A stretch of 46,201 nucleotides of DNA from Nemertoderma westbladi. Its lineage: Eukaryota > Animalia > Xenacoelomorpha. A program made the position numbers and the translations under genes. A model generated the notes under the pieces. That model searched no databases, had not been told where the DNA came from, and saw only the letters and a list, made by a program, of their open reading frames with translations. Location of the stretch: NCBI GenBank assembly GCA_032718475.1, contig JAUCBJ010002031.1:1-46201 (forward strand). The letters run 5' to 3'. Every line of letters starts with the position of its first letter. Within the stretch, counting starts at the first letter, position 1. Shown piece after piece: positions 1 to 12,317 of the stretch.

Positions 1-2577
1 GTCAAGTTCAATGGAGATGAGATGAAATGGTTACCTTTTAATGAATATTACAAAGATAACATACAGAACTCTGTACTATCTAACGGAGAGAAACTTAGAT
101 TCCTCATCGAATGTTTGGAAGGACCTCCCAAGTCAATGGCGTTAAAATTTATTAGACATCCAGATGGATTAAGACAAGTTTGGGATACACTAAACATCAG
201 GTATGGTAATAGGACTAACATAGCTAGGTATTTATATGCGAAATTAATGGCGCCCCGAAAGTTTCTTAGCAGCGGGATTATAGAGTTTTCCGATGAGATT
301 CGGGAGATCTGTAGACAACTAGATTGGTTAGGTAAGTCTCATGAATACCATAATTCTATGGTTGTAGGAGCCTTAGCATCTACTTTGCCCAAGGGTGGAG
401 TAGGTACACGCTGGGATAAGAAGGTGTTATATATGATGGAACAACAACGACGAGACCCTACCATGACTGATCTCATGTCATTCTTAGATAGAGAAGTGAA
501 ATTACAGCTCCTAAGGCAGTCCAGAGAGAAGACATTGGAAAACAAGGTAAGTGAGAAACCCGTTTCTAGGAGAAGGGTAACACCAGTATGTTATACCGAC
601 GACGGTGAAAGCCAAACTTCTCAAGGAGAGGACAGCGGGAAAGACACTGACAGATCTTATTATGTCAATAAAATGCCTAAAGATCAGGTAAGTAAATCCG
701 AGTCTCGACCCAATGACAGAAGGGAACCGGTACAAAAAACCCTTCCTACGTCTCCTAAAAGAATTCAGGTGAGAAAGCCCGAGGAAAGAACAAGTGTGCA
801 CCACATAGCACAGGTTAAAGTAAGTAACATCAAGCCGAAATGTGTGCTGTGCGACGGGCCCCACCGTTTAAATGCGTGTGATAAATTCCTGAGGAAATCA
901 CTAAAGGATAGACGTGAAGTCATGTGGGATAAGCGGTTATGTTATAATTGCCTCAGACGAGGACACCAACGGCGAACCTGTTACTCCGACGCAAGGTGTG
1001 CAAAGTGCGGCGTAAAACATAATATCTTGTTACACACGGAATTCGAACGAAACAGCCCGAGTCAGGTAAGTGAGTCCGAACTACATGTCCAATTCAGTGA
1101 TGTGAACGACACTGATCAATCTGAGATGGAAGGATTCTATATGGACGAGTTCTCCGACGAAAACGAATCCTGTTACATGATAAATACCGCAGTGTATCGA
1201 GCACTCACTCATGAAAAAGATACAGACAGCGACCTTACCTTAACTACTTCCGATCAACAACCATCTTGGAAAGCGCCAACTTCCAATATAGGGATACGAG
1301 AATTTCCTGTAGTCCAGTTACGGGTCCACGGACCTCAGAAGAGCTATATAGTGAACGCCCTCCTGGACTCCGGCAGCACAGGAACATTCATCGATAAAGA
1401 ACTAGCCGAAGACATCTTTGCTGGACAACCCAAGTTCCGAACCAAGCTAAACATGTCAGGGATCATGCAGGTTTGGAATTCTACTGTAGCTGCCGACTAT
1501 TATATAGGTGAGTTGTCCACTCCACAGGATAAACTAGGAGAATACAGTATAAGGTCAGTAAAAATGGTGGCAATAAAGAACTTCGCTACCACCCAAGTGG
1601 AACCTTATAATTGGGACGAAGATGATCATGCCCAACAACTTAACATCCCTAGATTCGACACCGATTATCCTGGAGTACAAATATTAATCGGTCAAAACGC
1701 GCATGAGGCGCTGGAGACATTAGAGAAACGACCTACCCAACCGCAACCACTTCAGACCTATGCGGTAAGAACTAGAGTAGGTTGGTACCTTACTGGACCT
1801 TCCCGTAGAACGCTCAGGGAAAGACTGCTTCAAGATCGCGTCTGCCAGGTGAGTGAATGGGAAGATGATACTAGTGAGGGAGACGACCCAACTGAGGGAA
1901 CACCACACTCCTCAGATAATGACAATCTTAGCTCCAATGTAGATCAATGGAGATATTGCCCCAAGAAGTTTAATCCAACTGACATCGCTTCCAGAGGAAC
2001 AACTCCTCAAGAACTGACAGATACTACAGACCGGTTAGGTGAACCCGACTTCCTGAGTAAGGAGGATGAATGGCCTCCCCATCTTACTCCGACTGAGATT
2101 AGACCAGCCAAGGGAGCGGAGAAAGTTAAACCTAAAACCCGGACGGGTGGAGCGGAGTTATTTGAACCCGGGATAGATCTGTCGGTATTACATATTGCCA
2201 GGGACGACGCCGTGGATCTGGACCTCCCCACCGCGAGTGGATCCTTCATGAAGATCAGAGAGAGCGATTGGAGCTCTGGAACATCAGACGTCTCGCAGGG
2301 ACTCTCACCTCTCCTGCAGAGAGCGACGGACCACTATAGCTCCTGGAATCGGCTTTGTGATGCCGTCATATACTTTGAGCGATGTTTCTATCGTCACTAT
2401 TCCAGGACGAAGAGGAAACCTGGAATTGTATTCAGGATGCAGCGACTCAATCACCCAGTCGGTCGTTTGTGTTTACCGGAAGGGAATGGAGGACTCTCCG
2501 GAAACTGTGGAAGGCAAGATTCTCATCCCACGACCACCTCCCTAATCCTTCAAACATCTAGGGACTCCATAACGTAA
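1..2577 (+). CDS. BEL/Pao Gag + aspartic protease fused in frame to short RNase H-end and integrase C-terminal remnants; RT core absent
   Basis: The frame is open from base 1 (VKFNGDEMKW). Knuckles CVLCDGPHRLNAC / CYNCLRRGHQRRTC / CAKCGVKHNILLH; protease ALLDSGST; GWYLTGP. It then jumps to QWRYCPKKFNPTDIASRG (RNase H end), HYSSWNRL and NHPVGRLCL (IN C-terminus-like). Confidence 0.85.
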   Translation, partial: VKFNGDEMKWLPFNEYYKDNIQNSVLSNGEKLRFLIECLEGPPKSMALKFIRHPDGLRQVWDTLNIRYGNRTNIARYLYAKLMAPRKFLSSGIIEFSDEIREICRQLDWLGKSHEYHNSMVVGALASTLPKGGVGTRWDKKVLYMMEQQRRDPTMTDLMSFLDREVKLQLLRQSREKTLENKVSEKPVSRRRVTPVCYTDDGESQTSQGEDSGKDTDRSYYVNKMPKDQVSKSESRPNDRREPVQKTLPTSPKRIQVRKPEERTSVHHIAQVKVSNIKPKCVLCDGPHRLNACDKFLRKSLKDRREVMWDKRLCYNCLRRGHQRRTCYSDARCAKCGVKHNILLHTEFERNSPSQVSESELHVQFSDVNDTDQSEMEGFYMDEFSDENESCYMINTAVYRALTHEKDTDSDLTLTTSDQQPSWKAPTSNIGIREFPVVQLRVHGPQKSYIVNALLDSGSTGTFIDKELAEDIFAGQPKFRTKLNMSGIMQVWNSTVAADYYIGELSTPQDKLGEYSIRSVKMVAIKNFATTQVEPYNWDEDDHAQQLNIPRFDTDYPGVQILIGQNAHEALETLEKRPTQPQPLQTYAVRTRVGWYLTGPSRRTLRERLLQDRVCQVSEWEDDTSEGDDPTEGTPHSSDNDNLSSNVDQWRYCPKKFNPTDIASRGTTPQELTDTTDRLGEPDFLSKEDEWPPHLTPTEIRPAKGAEKVKPKTRTGGAELFEPGIDLSVLHIARDDAVDLDLPTASGSFMKIRESDWSSGTSDVSQGLSPLLQRATDHYSSWNRLCDAVIYFERCFYRHYSRTKRKPGIVFRMQRLNHPVGRLCLPEGNGGLSGNCGRQDSHPTTTSLILQTSRDSIT

Positions 2578-4229
2578 CAACATATGGAGTGGGCGTGTGA
2601 CTCTATTATTTTATATTATTTTATTATTTTTATATTTATGTATGTATTACTATGTAATTTTATTATAATCGTTTTATTTAATTTAGTAGAATATTATTTA
2701 GCGATTATTTTGTAGAATAGTGCAATATATTCGTGTTTATTACGTACGTAATTACTTATATTATATTTCGTGCAACGGCGAAGAAATAATTATTTTTCTC
2801 TTTCCTTACTGTCCGTATTATATTATAAATACGTAACTACAGTAAGATGAAATGTCCGTACTTATTAAAGTACAATAAAGCCACTACTATATTTAAGTAT
2901 TATTGGTAGGCAGAGTATTAGGAATGCAAAGTTCAGATCCTCGTGTCTCGGCTAAACCAAGCTCTGGGTAGACCTTGGAAACGACTTGCCTCTTCACACT
3001 GACATTGCTTCGTGCGATATTGCTCTCATACCGTATATTAAATAATACATATAGTAGCGTGATGTCCCTTTAACAGTAGCGTATAACGCAAAATAAATCT
3101 GTTAAACCCTTTGACCATCTGTAATTCTAGTCGATTAAGATATCGTGGCACCCACCGATATACTTGAAAGACAAATTATAGAATCAGTGGTTAACGTCCC
3201 CAGACAAGTTCTGGAATAAATCGGTGCCCATCTCAAATATTAATTAATTAATATTTGCAAAATCTAATAAATCAAAATCTGTAAAATTCAGATCCTGCAA
3301 TAATTCTAGTCAATTAAGATATCGTAGCATTTACCGATATTCTTAAAAAGACAATTGTCATAGAATTAAGGATCTTGTGTCCCTAGACATGTTCTAGAAT
3401 CAAAATATGTCCATTTAATTATCAAATAATAAAATTTCAGGGAATAAATTTAAATTCATGCCTTTAATGAATTTAATAAATTGCCATTTTTACGCAATTT
3501 ATAAAGTTCCCAAAATTCCATTAATTAATAGATCAAGGGAGCGGAGATTTATCTTATCATGCGTATGAGTGTGTGAAAGTCTCCCAAACATAGTCAATAG
3601 CCGATAAAATTCATAAAGTCATGTATAAAACAGAACATTGACTATTAAAGAATACTATTAAATAACATCCCAGATCTGTATGCATTGGAATTACCCTAAT
3701 TCTACCGCTAGCTTTGCATAATGTCACCATAGCAACAACCACGCTAGAATTAGAATTGAGTTAAAAGAACAATAGAAAGCTTGTCCCATTGAATAGCATA
3801 GGGAATAAATAGCGCACTACTAGTATCCAAGGATACATAATAATACAGTGACATTCTGGAAGGCATTGACTAACGGACAAATGGCCCGAATGTGTGTAAT
3901 TTGTGACAAGTTGTGTGTGTGGTATTTGTGAGTTTGTAGGTGAATGTTACTGCTAAGGTGTGTTTACAGTAGCTAGTCGCAATCGTAAAAGTAACCTAAC
4001 TCTCCAAGGAAAACCTGAAGTACATCTAAGTCTTTGGGACGGACAGTCGAGTGACTTGTGTCGGTTGTCGTTGTCGTTGTGCGGCTACGTCGTTGGCGAA
4101 AGTACAGCGGCGACGACACATCGGCGCTGAGGATCTCGTACTGTCCGGGGGTTGATTGGGGTAGGCAGCGACGCCCGCTCGCCTAAATATAAACTCATTA
4201 TAATATGGATAAACTCATATATAGCAGAT

Positions 4230-4535
4230 ATGACGGAGTTGATAGAAGATGGTCTTGGTATCGGGGAGCGATATACTCTACTTTTGCAAGCGTTTGTTGA
4301 TAGCTTAATACGCGGCGACGTTAGTCCAACTGCTGCAGAGGACGATGGTCGTTATATCGAACCGCCAATGTCCCAAGAGCAGCTCGCGCGCGAGTTGGAC
4401 TATAGAAAATTCGCTGCTCGATATACGCAGCGTAATGGTACGTATATGGTCTTCTTAACTACTGGTCATCCTATCGATTTACACAATACGGACTATGTCG
4501 ACTATATATCCTGCCCAGCGGAGTCGGAACCATAA
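4230..4535 (+). CDS. Small orphan ORF (~101 aa) in the extra 3' region of BEL element 1
   Basis: ATG at 4230 within tracked ORF 4152-4535; GC-richer island; no recognisable domain. Confidence 0.3.
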   Translation: MTELIEDGLGIGERYTLLLQAFVDSLIRGDVSPTAAEDDGRYIEPPMSQEQLARELDYRKFAARYTQRNGTYMVFLTTGHPIDLHNTDYVDYISCPAESEP

Positions 4536-5638
4536 ACTGAAATTCGAATGCGAAAATTCTATTCGAAATCGACTCGAAAGAAAAGACACTAAAGAAACAA
4601 ATAAACGCGGTAACTCCAACGTATATTTGGAATTCTTGATAGAAGCATTGTAACAACAAATAAATATCACCCGCGTTTCCCCTACCAGACGTGCGTCTTT
4701 GGTATTATTACGGTAAATGCCCTAGACCCAGCCAATAAACGGAAAGACATAAACATCCACGGAAACGTTGTGTTAAACACAGTTGTGTTCGTTATATTTA
4801 CTGGAGTTTCGAGCGAAACTTGTTTGACGTATCACCTATGCTCACTCGGCTCTAACGATCCTAGAGTAAACCTACGATCAGAGTCCCGGAATACTCGGTC
4901 AAACCTCCTCATTCCTTAGTTGGACCTCAGACCTGCGATCCTGGTGGTGTCGCGGATCCTCGCGGACGGTATTCACTGTTCAAGATCTAGTGCTACCCTA
5001 ACAATTAATCGGTAACACTCCGACAGTGATTTCTAGCTAGCCGCCCATCTTACCTAGCTGGATTATGACGCAGACACCTAATATCACTATCCAACCGTAT
5101 GGTCGTCCCGTTTAACGCGATACAACCCTTCATCAAGGTGAAGGAGAGCGTTGTACGAAACGAGTTAAACGCTATTCTATAAAGATCAAAAAAGAAACCT
5201 GCGTTTGTTCAGATAAACGTAAGTTATAACAGTAAGTCCAATCGATAAACGAATTGGCCTTATCTCAGTTCGATTGGGAAACCTCGAATCTCAAAGAAGA
5301 TATCAAGCTTAGAAAACCCTATTCTCTGCGAGAGTTTTGGACGAACGTATCCCATGACAAGCGGAGGAAAATCAGCTCGAGGAGAAGCATATCGAAATGG
5401 ACGAGACACCGACCGTAAACCCAAACCTTTTAATGCAATCATATTGCACCCTTCACCCAGGAGTTATGGCCCTCCTAGTAAAGTGGCTCCCCCCAAAGAG
5501 AAAAGGACTCTTGCTAGCCTCAAAAAACTGCGTAAACGCCGTCTGCGTAAGAAAGGCTAACTGTTTAGAGTATCTTTATATTTTAGAAACTGTGATTTGT
5601 TATATTTTATAGACTTAAATCCCATTTTCTGGGAGCGG

Positions 5639-6776
5639 TGTAAAAGCTTTTGCGTAATTAGCCGGTTATTTTCCCTTAAAGTACTCTGTAGTTGGTTTGC
5701 CAGGCATAAAAAGGCCGTGTCCTTGCTGTACTGGTGTTTTAGAGGACATAAAAGTCATTTCTTATGTATTTGTACTGTATTTGTACTTTAGAGGACATAA
5801 TCCACAATCTCGTGACGCAATAGCTGGATACTTTGAAAACAGTGTCGCTACCATGACGACGGCTAGCAGCTGATATTGCCACGTCGACGTTTCTTTGTTT
5901 CTTTGTTCTCTCGTTGTTCAGGTTGACCAATCAGAGCGTTTGTTGTCTCTGTGTTGGAGGTATATACAGAAACTCAGTAGTTCAGTGTTATGTTTTTGCC
6001 CAGAGCCTAAGAACCGGCTTTTGGCACCTCCGTGTTTTCAGTTTTTAGTCTTACACTAGTAGGTTTAATTATAAGGGCATATATCCTTTAACTCATGGAA
6101 TCACTGATCTGGGAATACACTGACTGCTGACACACGGCTTTTAATAACTGCTGAAACTGCTAAAATTACCTGCTCAATCGATACTGTATACTGCTATTTG
6201 TTGTCGGTTATTCATTATATTGGTTGATGAATTATTATATTGGAATAACGAGAAATAACCCCGAAAACCCAATATTCTTGATGTACCGAAGGTAAGAGAG
6301 AAAGGTTACCAATAACGATTGTGACTTATGTTAAAGTGGTTTGAAGTGAATCTAATGTTATTTGATAGACCCTACATGAGTCAGTCTGTGTTCCTTTTAT
6401 ATGTGACTAAAATCAGTGAAGATTGGCAGATTAGTGTGCAGTATTGTGCAGCATTGTGTATGAGTGAGTCTGTTAAAGAAGCAATTCCTAAAGAATGCGC
6501 CATATATGTGAATTATAATTAAGCCATATCGTTGTGAGTAGTTTAAGTCATAACTCTGTTTATATAGATAAAGCGCCACGTCCTAAAGGAACTGTTAATA
6601 TTCCCCGAAGGTGAATAATATTGTCAGAGATTATATAATACTGTCAGTCGAATAATACATTAGGCTTACATAGCAATAAAATTAAACCGTCGAACCCAAT
6701 CTCCCGGGAATATCCAGCGGGTGAATGATCGCGCACAGATTGGTTTCGACTAGTGTAGTGAATCAAATATTTGTCA
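5639..6776 (+). repeat. Probable 3' LTR of BEL element 1
   Basis: Starts TGTAAAAG directly after GGGAGCGG, matching the GGAGCGG|TGT junction proven for element 2. End at ...TTTGTCA is a best guess. Confidence 0.55.
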
Positions 6777-6924
6777 TAGGCTAAAAAGCGATTTAATATC
6801 TAGAAGACATCCTAATTTGGCGGGTTAAACTGCCAAAGGTCTGAAAGCGCGAACAGAAACATTCAAAATTATATAAAAATTTCCACATAATTTTATAATA
6901 AGCCTTTACAGAGAACATTAAACT

Positions 6925-7115
6925 TTGCGCAGCACGTGAAACCTTCGCACAGCACGTTGAGGTGAAGGTTTCACGTAGCACTTAAATACTTTATAAAGCA
7001 CGTTAATTAATCGAGCACCTCGGAAAGCTTCTTATTTTAATCAGAATGAGAAGCCTTCACGCGGCACATGAAAAGTTCATGCTGCACATGAAGACTTCGC
7101 GCAGCACGTGAATTA
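6925..7115. repeat. Cluster of degenerate ~20-bp GCAGCACGTGAA-type repeats (probable subterminal repeats of a DNA element)
   Basis: gcgcagcacgtgaa, gcacagcacgttga, gcggcacatgaa, gctgcacatgaa and gcgcagcacgtgaa recur. Confidence 0.5.
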
Positions 7116-7301
7116 TTCTCAGAGCCTGCGGAATTAAAAAAAATTAGTTTATGGTTGTTTCCCAGAATAATTATTACTAGCTATTGTTATATGATGGTTC
7201 ACATTTGTTATTACTAGTAGACAACTAGTCTATTATACAACTGTCCAATATGTAATACAAAACTCACAAATATCTATTAAATATATATTAATTAAAATTT
7301 G

Positions 7302-7508
7302 ACGGACATGTTGACAGACAGACAGACATACAAACAGATAGACAAACTGAGAGACAGACTGAGATACAGACATAGTGATTAGATAATTCCAAATATTAAA
7401 ACAGACATCGACATTAAGAAAAATCCTAACAGTAAACATTTCAGATTGCTTATTTTATGCCCTTTTTAATATTTCGATGGACAGACAGACAGACAGACAT
7501 ACAGACGG
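7302..7508. repeat. (CAGA)n-like microsatellite patches
   Basis: gacagacagacagacatac at ~7313-7372 and ~7480-7508. Confidence 0.8.
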
Positions 7509-7638
7509 AAAACCAGCCATTACTCGAGAAGTAAAAGAGATCTCGCTAAGCCGTTTCCAGATTTGAAATCCGCATTAAATTCCAATCTAGATGAAATAAA
7601 AAAACAAAAAATTAAAATTTTGACCTGAGGGGGTGTGT

Positions 7639-7681
<43 letters not shown>

Positions 7682-8239
7682 TTAAAGAGAGCCTTGGCTA
7701 ACAAGGAAAATTAACTCAATTGAATTGCTTTTTCAATTCAAATGCGGATGGGGATCCTGCTTTCCTATTTACTATTATGATCCTCTATTGCATACAATGA
7801 ATTGCCTTTACGTTGCATGCTTTACCGTGAAATTTATTATAATTATTATTTTATATTGTTTCGCTGTTGGAAGAATTAATTGTTAATTTGGGTGGCGTTT
7901 CCATTGCATAGAAGCCACGTTATACAGTAGTTACCATACCATATGTATTTCCTGCATTTTTCTATCTGGTGTATTTTTCCAAGAAGTTTAATATTACAGT
8001 AATTGTTTCGTATTGTTATTATTATATTAATTTTAGGAGCAGCAATTAATAGAATCCCACGATATTTATTATTATTAGTTAATTCAATAAAATACCTATC
8101 CGTATAAACTACCTACCCTACGTTTCTTTATAATATTTGTGTTCTACTTACTGGTTTATCTTAAGTGTATTTATTTTACTTTATTATATTTGGTCCGACG
8201 TCAAGCCTTCTTCAGTTGTTGTGATATTGTTTCACATAA

Positions 8240-8492
8240 TGGGGGGGGGGGGGGGGGGGGGGGTCTTCGGAATCCGGGGGGTGGGTTGGCTAAATTCGGA
8301 CAATTATAGTATCAGTCAGTTACCTTTTTTGTCCTGTAAATTCGGACGTCCGAAGTGGGGGGGGGGGGGGGGGGGTGTTGGCCTAAACCGGTCAAGCTTG
8401 GACAGGGGGAGGGGGGTGGTCTGAAATTGGAATTTGGTGGAAATTGGAACTTGGTGGAATTTACTCGGACGCCCTTTACGGATGCCCCCTAT
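8240..8492. mobile_element. Partial Harbinger-like MITE with poly-G tracts
   Basis: The right end CGGACGCCCTTTACGGATGCCCCCTA resembles the end of the MITE at 10325-10639; no left TIR found. Confidence 0.4.
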
Positions 8493-8898
8493 GTATAAAT
8501 ATAACATTGCCGCTCTTTCTGTCATCTGAAACACATAATTACGATAATATAATTATGTCTGCTTACAAAAGCGATATCATGTTTCTTTTCATAATTTAAT
8601 GATTCATTTCACGATTTGTATGATGATTCATAAATACTTCCCCTCACTAGAGAAATACTTTCCCTCACAAGAAATATATATATTTATGTTATATTATTAC
8701 GTTATATATTTACATTATTTATATTTAAGTTTATGCATATATTACAATTAGATATAAAGTTGCACAAAACCCGTTTCGTACATATACCGCAACATGTACT
8801 GAAAACGTGTAATTAATAATGTACCATATAAGTATTTCAATTACAAAATGTGCCGGTTTAATAAAATAAGGTACCAGGGGGGGGGGGGGTGCTTACAC

Positions 8899-10184
8899 GG
8901 TATACAGACGTTTCGGCCTAGGACGTTTCGGTCCAGGACGTTTCGGCCCGGACATTTCGGCCCGGACGATTCGGCCCGGACGTTTCGGCCCATGACTGTA
9001 ACCGAATGAAAAGGCCAACTTGTTTGATATGATAATAATTATTCATTAAAATTATAATTATTTCACAATAACATACAAACACTTAATGAAATATCTTTCA
9101 TGAAATGGCTATTTAATTTATTTAATCAAAATAAAATAAACATTATGCATGTGGTGCTCTGCCCCATTATGTTTTGCGGCCGAAAAAATGCAAGTCAGAA
9201 CAAAACGTTTGGTACCGAGTACCACATTGCTAATAAACTACTAAAGCGAATCAATTTCACGAACCATTTAGGGCTTAAATCTCGTCTGATCGATATATTT
9301 TGGAGATACTTCATTAATTTTAAACATTACTCAATTGATAATTCTTGTAGCTGGACAGTGTATTGCAGCTATGTCTTAATGATCTGTTGAAACAATAACT
9401 CTCATCTCGATGATAGATGATTTATACCCATAGATAACGACGTATAATGCTTTTATTAATACATATTTTATTTCACTTCACATCCACTCTGGTCCTTTTA
9501 ATACGCATATATTTCCTCTAAATTTAAATTTAATACCCATATATTTCATCTAAATTTAAATTTAATACGCATATATTTTATCTCATTCCATATGACATCC
9601 AGTCTGTCTCATAATTATTAGCAATGCCCCTTTAATGGAATATTTCTTATCTATTATATTTTTAAGTCTAACATTAAAATACAGTAATAATTTTAATTCG
9701 GTGTATTTTAATGTACTTTATTTATTGACTCACATTTTAAAAGTACGTATGTTTTTAACTATTACTTTACCTTTATTACTTTACCTATTACCTTTACTAT
9801 TACTTACTTTTAACTATCTAACTGTATTAACTAAAGTTAATTTGTCAGCATATGTTATCTTTGTTCTAAGTTACAGTATGGTGTAAATTTATATTAATAA
9901 ATAATAATAATAATATTACATTAGTTATTATTTATAAATATAATGTAGAACTTCGATCTTGACGACTTTCAAACAGGTGTCGGAGCAGTTCCTACTGACA
10001 ACTCCTCTTGTAACGAACGTAACAACTACAAAACAAATATATTGAATAACTTATTATTAATAGCTTATTTAAGGGAGTAAAGTGAATCTTTGGGCCAAAA
10101 CGTCCGACAAGCAAATCTTGTATTTCATTTATTGGGCCGAAACGTCCTAGGCCAAAACGTCTTAGACCGAAACGTCTGTTACCC
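8899..10184. mobile_element. Non-autonomous TIR DNA transposon with 8-bp TSD and modular GACGTTTCGGCCC arms (Merlin/MULE-like; superfamily uncertain)
   Basis: TSD GCTTACAC at 8891-8898 and 10185-10192. Left end GGTATACAGACGTTTCGG; reverse complement of right end GGGTAACAGACGTTTCGG; tandem ~14-bp units in both arms. Confidence 0.85.
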
Positions 10185-10324
10185 GCTTACACACTCATAA
10201 AAAATAATGTAATAGATAAGGAATATAGAATATAAAATAAGTGTGATACATTTTTTAAAAACAATAACAAATACACCAAACAATTTAATGTAAGACAATT
10301 TATTGCAAAACGTAATTACACTAA

Positions 10325-10639
10325 GGGGGGCGTAAAGTATGTCACGCACCAGCAGAGGTTGATCCAGGAATTAATTTTCTATGGTGCGCCCAAATTGCGC
10401 ATATATATACATATGAGATGCGCATACATATGAATTGGCAAAGCATTTAACACAAGTACGGGCAAATATACACTCACCTCATACATGGCAAAATATGAAA
10501 TTGTGGCAAAATGGATTGTGGTATCTATGCTTTGTTATTAATGTGACAGGGGGGGGGGGGGGGGGGGGGGGGGCGAGCTAGCGTGACATACTATACTCTA
10601 CTATACTAAATTTGCGTGACATACTTTATGAACGCCCCC
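10325..10639. mobile_element. PIF/Harbinger-like MITE
   Basis: GGGGGGCGTAAAGTATGTCACGC ... GCGTGACATACTTTATGAACGCCCCC, flanked by TAA at 10322-10324 and 10640-10642. Confidence 0.75.
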
Positions 10640-10729
10640 TAACTGTATGTACAACTTTACAGAACAATTTATTATAAAACGTAATTACACCTAGATAGTA
10701 CCCTCAATATTTATTATACGGCCACTTTC

Positions 10730-11543
10730 AATGATTAATTCATTACACAGATCAACAAGATGCTGTCGTAAACTTTTTAGCATCTTTCAATTTGTCTTTA
10801 TACTTTGCGGCAATATCTGGTGGAAATTGTTCTAACAATTCTCTAAATTTTAGTCTCTAAATCAGATTTTGACCAATTTTCGATTCGAGATCGAATATAC
10901 AGTTCTTCCTCAGTAACAGGAAGTTTTTGAAAGTCTTCCACTTTCGAATACGTTGGTCCATTGGCCAGAAAGTTTCTGGTTGTAGATCTCCGTCTGTCAC
11001 GGCCGATTGACTGAAAATCTGTGAATGTCGTTGACAGCTTGCCACCAGATATACCAAATGGGGGTAAGGACAAGCTGTCGTCACATAACGCCGACTTCCG
11101 CACCGTTTCTTGCCACCCCTCCAGTAGCCCAGATAAATGGCGTTCATGAGCAGATTCCTCGTGCTCAGCACTACCTGACTGCGCATCGTGGGTGTCGGCA
11201 GTTGCAAGTAACGACTGGCGAAGGTCAGTGACCACTCCGACAAGACCATATAAATTATTCCATCGCTCCATGTCTCGAGGGATTCCATGCGGATGGAGCA
11301 TCTTAAGAATCTTGTGGAATCCTTCCAGTAGATAATCTCCTGCTTCTCCATTTGATGACTGTGGTGTTCTCTTAAACGACACGTATTCGTCCATGAATGT
11401 GTTGATCGCTTGTGGGAGTCGCAGTCGTTGAGCTACGATATAAGCAACGATCCGTTGATAGTGATTATTTCCACGAACGAAAAACAATCCCGCGAATTCC
11501 AGCATCGAACACAACACCAAGTCTATTCGATTTCGGCGAATAC
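10730..11543 (-). pseudogene. DDE-transposase-like gene, last exon (frameshift/stop near 10843)
   Basis: Acceptor CCATAG|GTATT at 11543. Joins the previous exon to give VFRIG|IRRN; carries GNNHYQR and GDYLLEGFHK (candidate catalytic E). Confidence 0.7.
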
Positions 11544-12277
11544 CTATGGTGATAAAATAATTGTGCAACAATAAAAGTAACAATACACATTTTTTCAATA
11601 AATAACCATTTTACCCTTCCGTTACACACGGGACACTTAGATTGCTGGGCATGAAATTGTTATATACAATCTAATTCGGGTATTAACTAAATACTTCCAA
11701 TGTCCTTCATATATCCTTCCATAGCCTTGGGGTATAAGTAACAATGTTCTACTATACGAGTATACCTACACCAGTGTAATACCAGGGAAAGCCCAAATAT
11801 TTATTGCTTATTAACTAATATAATATAATAGCCTGCTGTGGGCTTTGACTCTTGACTGTCAAGGGATTTTTAGCTTTGGGGTGGCAGGCTCTAACTACTG
11901 GGAATGTATTTTACCAGTTAGTAGTTGGACTTAGTTGAATGGGAAACCCAGCCAGCTGTTATCATTAATTTTTCTTATCTTTGTAATAAATAGAGAAAAC
12001 TATAGAAGCCAGCGCAGCGGGCCAGCCATCAGTGCTCCCAAGTGACACTGGTTCTCAGTCAGAACTAGTAAACAAGACTCATACGTAGTTAGGCTTAATT
12101 GTACTTAAGCTTAGATTACTGGCAGACCATTCACCATTAATATAATGAGTAGCGAAACCAGGTGCCAGACGAGTGGCGTCAGAAATTGGACTCTTATAAA
12201 GATAGGTGTAAAGATGATAGAAAAAAATAAAGTATTGAGGGTCTTTAGCTGGTTATATTATATTAGATAAAGATACA

Positions 12278-12317
12278 ATAGTAAACGTTTTCGACCTACC
12301 GGTCTGCATCAGACTAT
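12278..12317 (-). ncRNA. Minimal type I hammerhead-like ribozyme in a Penelope-like pLTR remnant
   Basis: Minus strand reads ATAGT CTGATGCA GACC-GGTA-GGTC GAAAACGTTT ACTAT: stem I ATAGT/ACTAT, stem II GACC/GGTC, palindromic stem III AAACGTTT. Confidence 0.65.

Larger units (their letters stand above)
1..6776 (+). mobile_element. BEL/Pao LTR retrotransposon 1, internally deleted (non-autonomous); 5' part lies outside the window
   Basis: Gag-protease ORF with BEL-type triple zinc knuckle, then a ~3 kb extra region, PPT GGGAGCGG (5631-5638) and a TGT start of the LTR. The right end is inferred (TTTGTCA at 6776) because the 5' LTR is not visible. Confidence 0.75.

Noticed and set aside
2596-5638. 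Inverted LTR-end copy in element 1 equivalent to that of element 2
   Set aside because: No convincing reverse-complement match to 5639-6776 found by eye; a proper alignment is still worthwhile.
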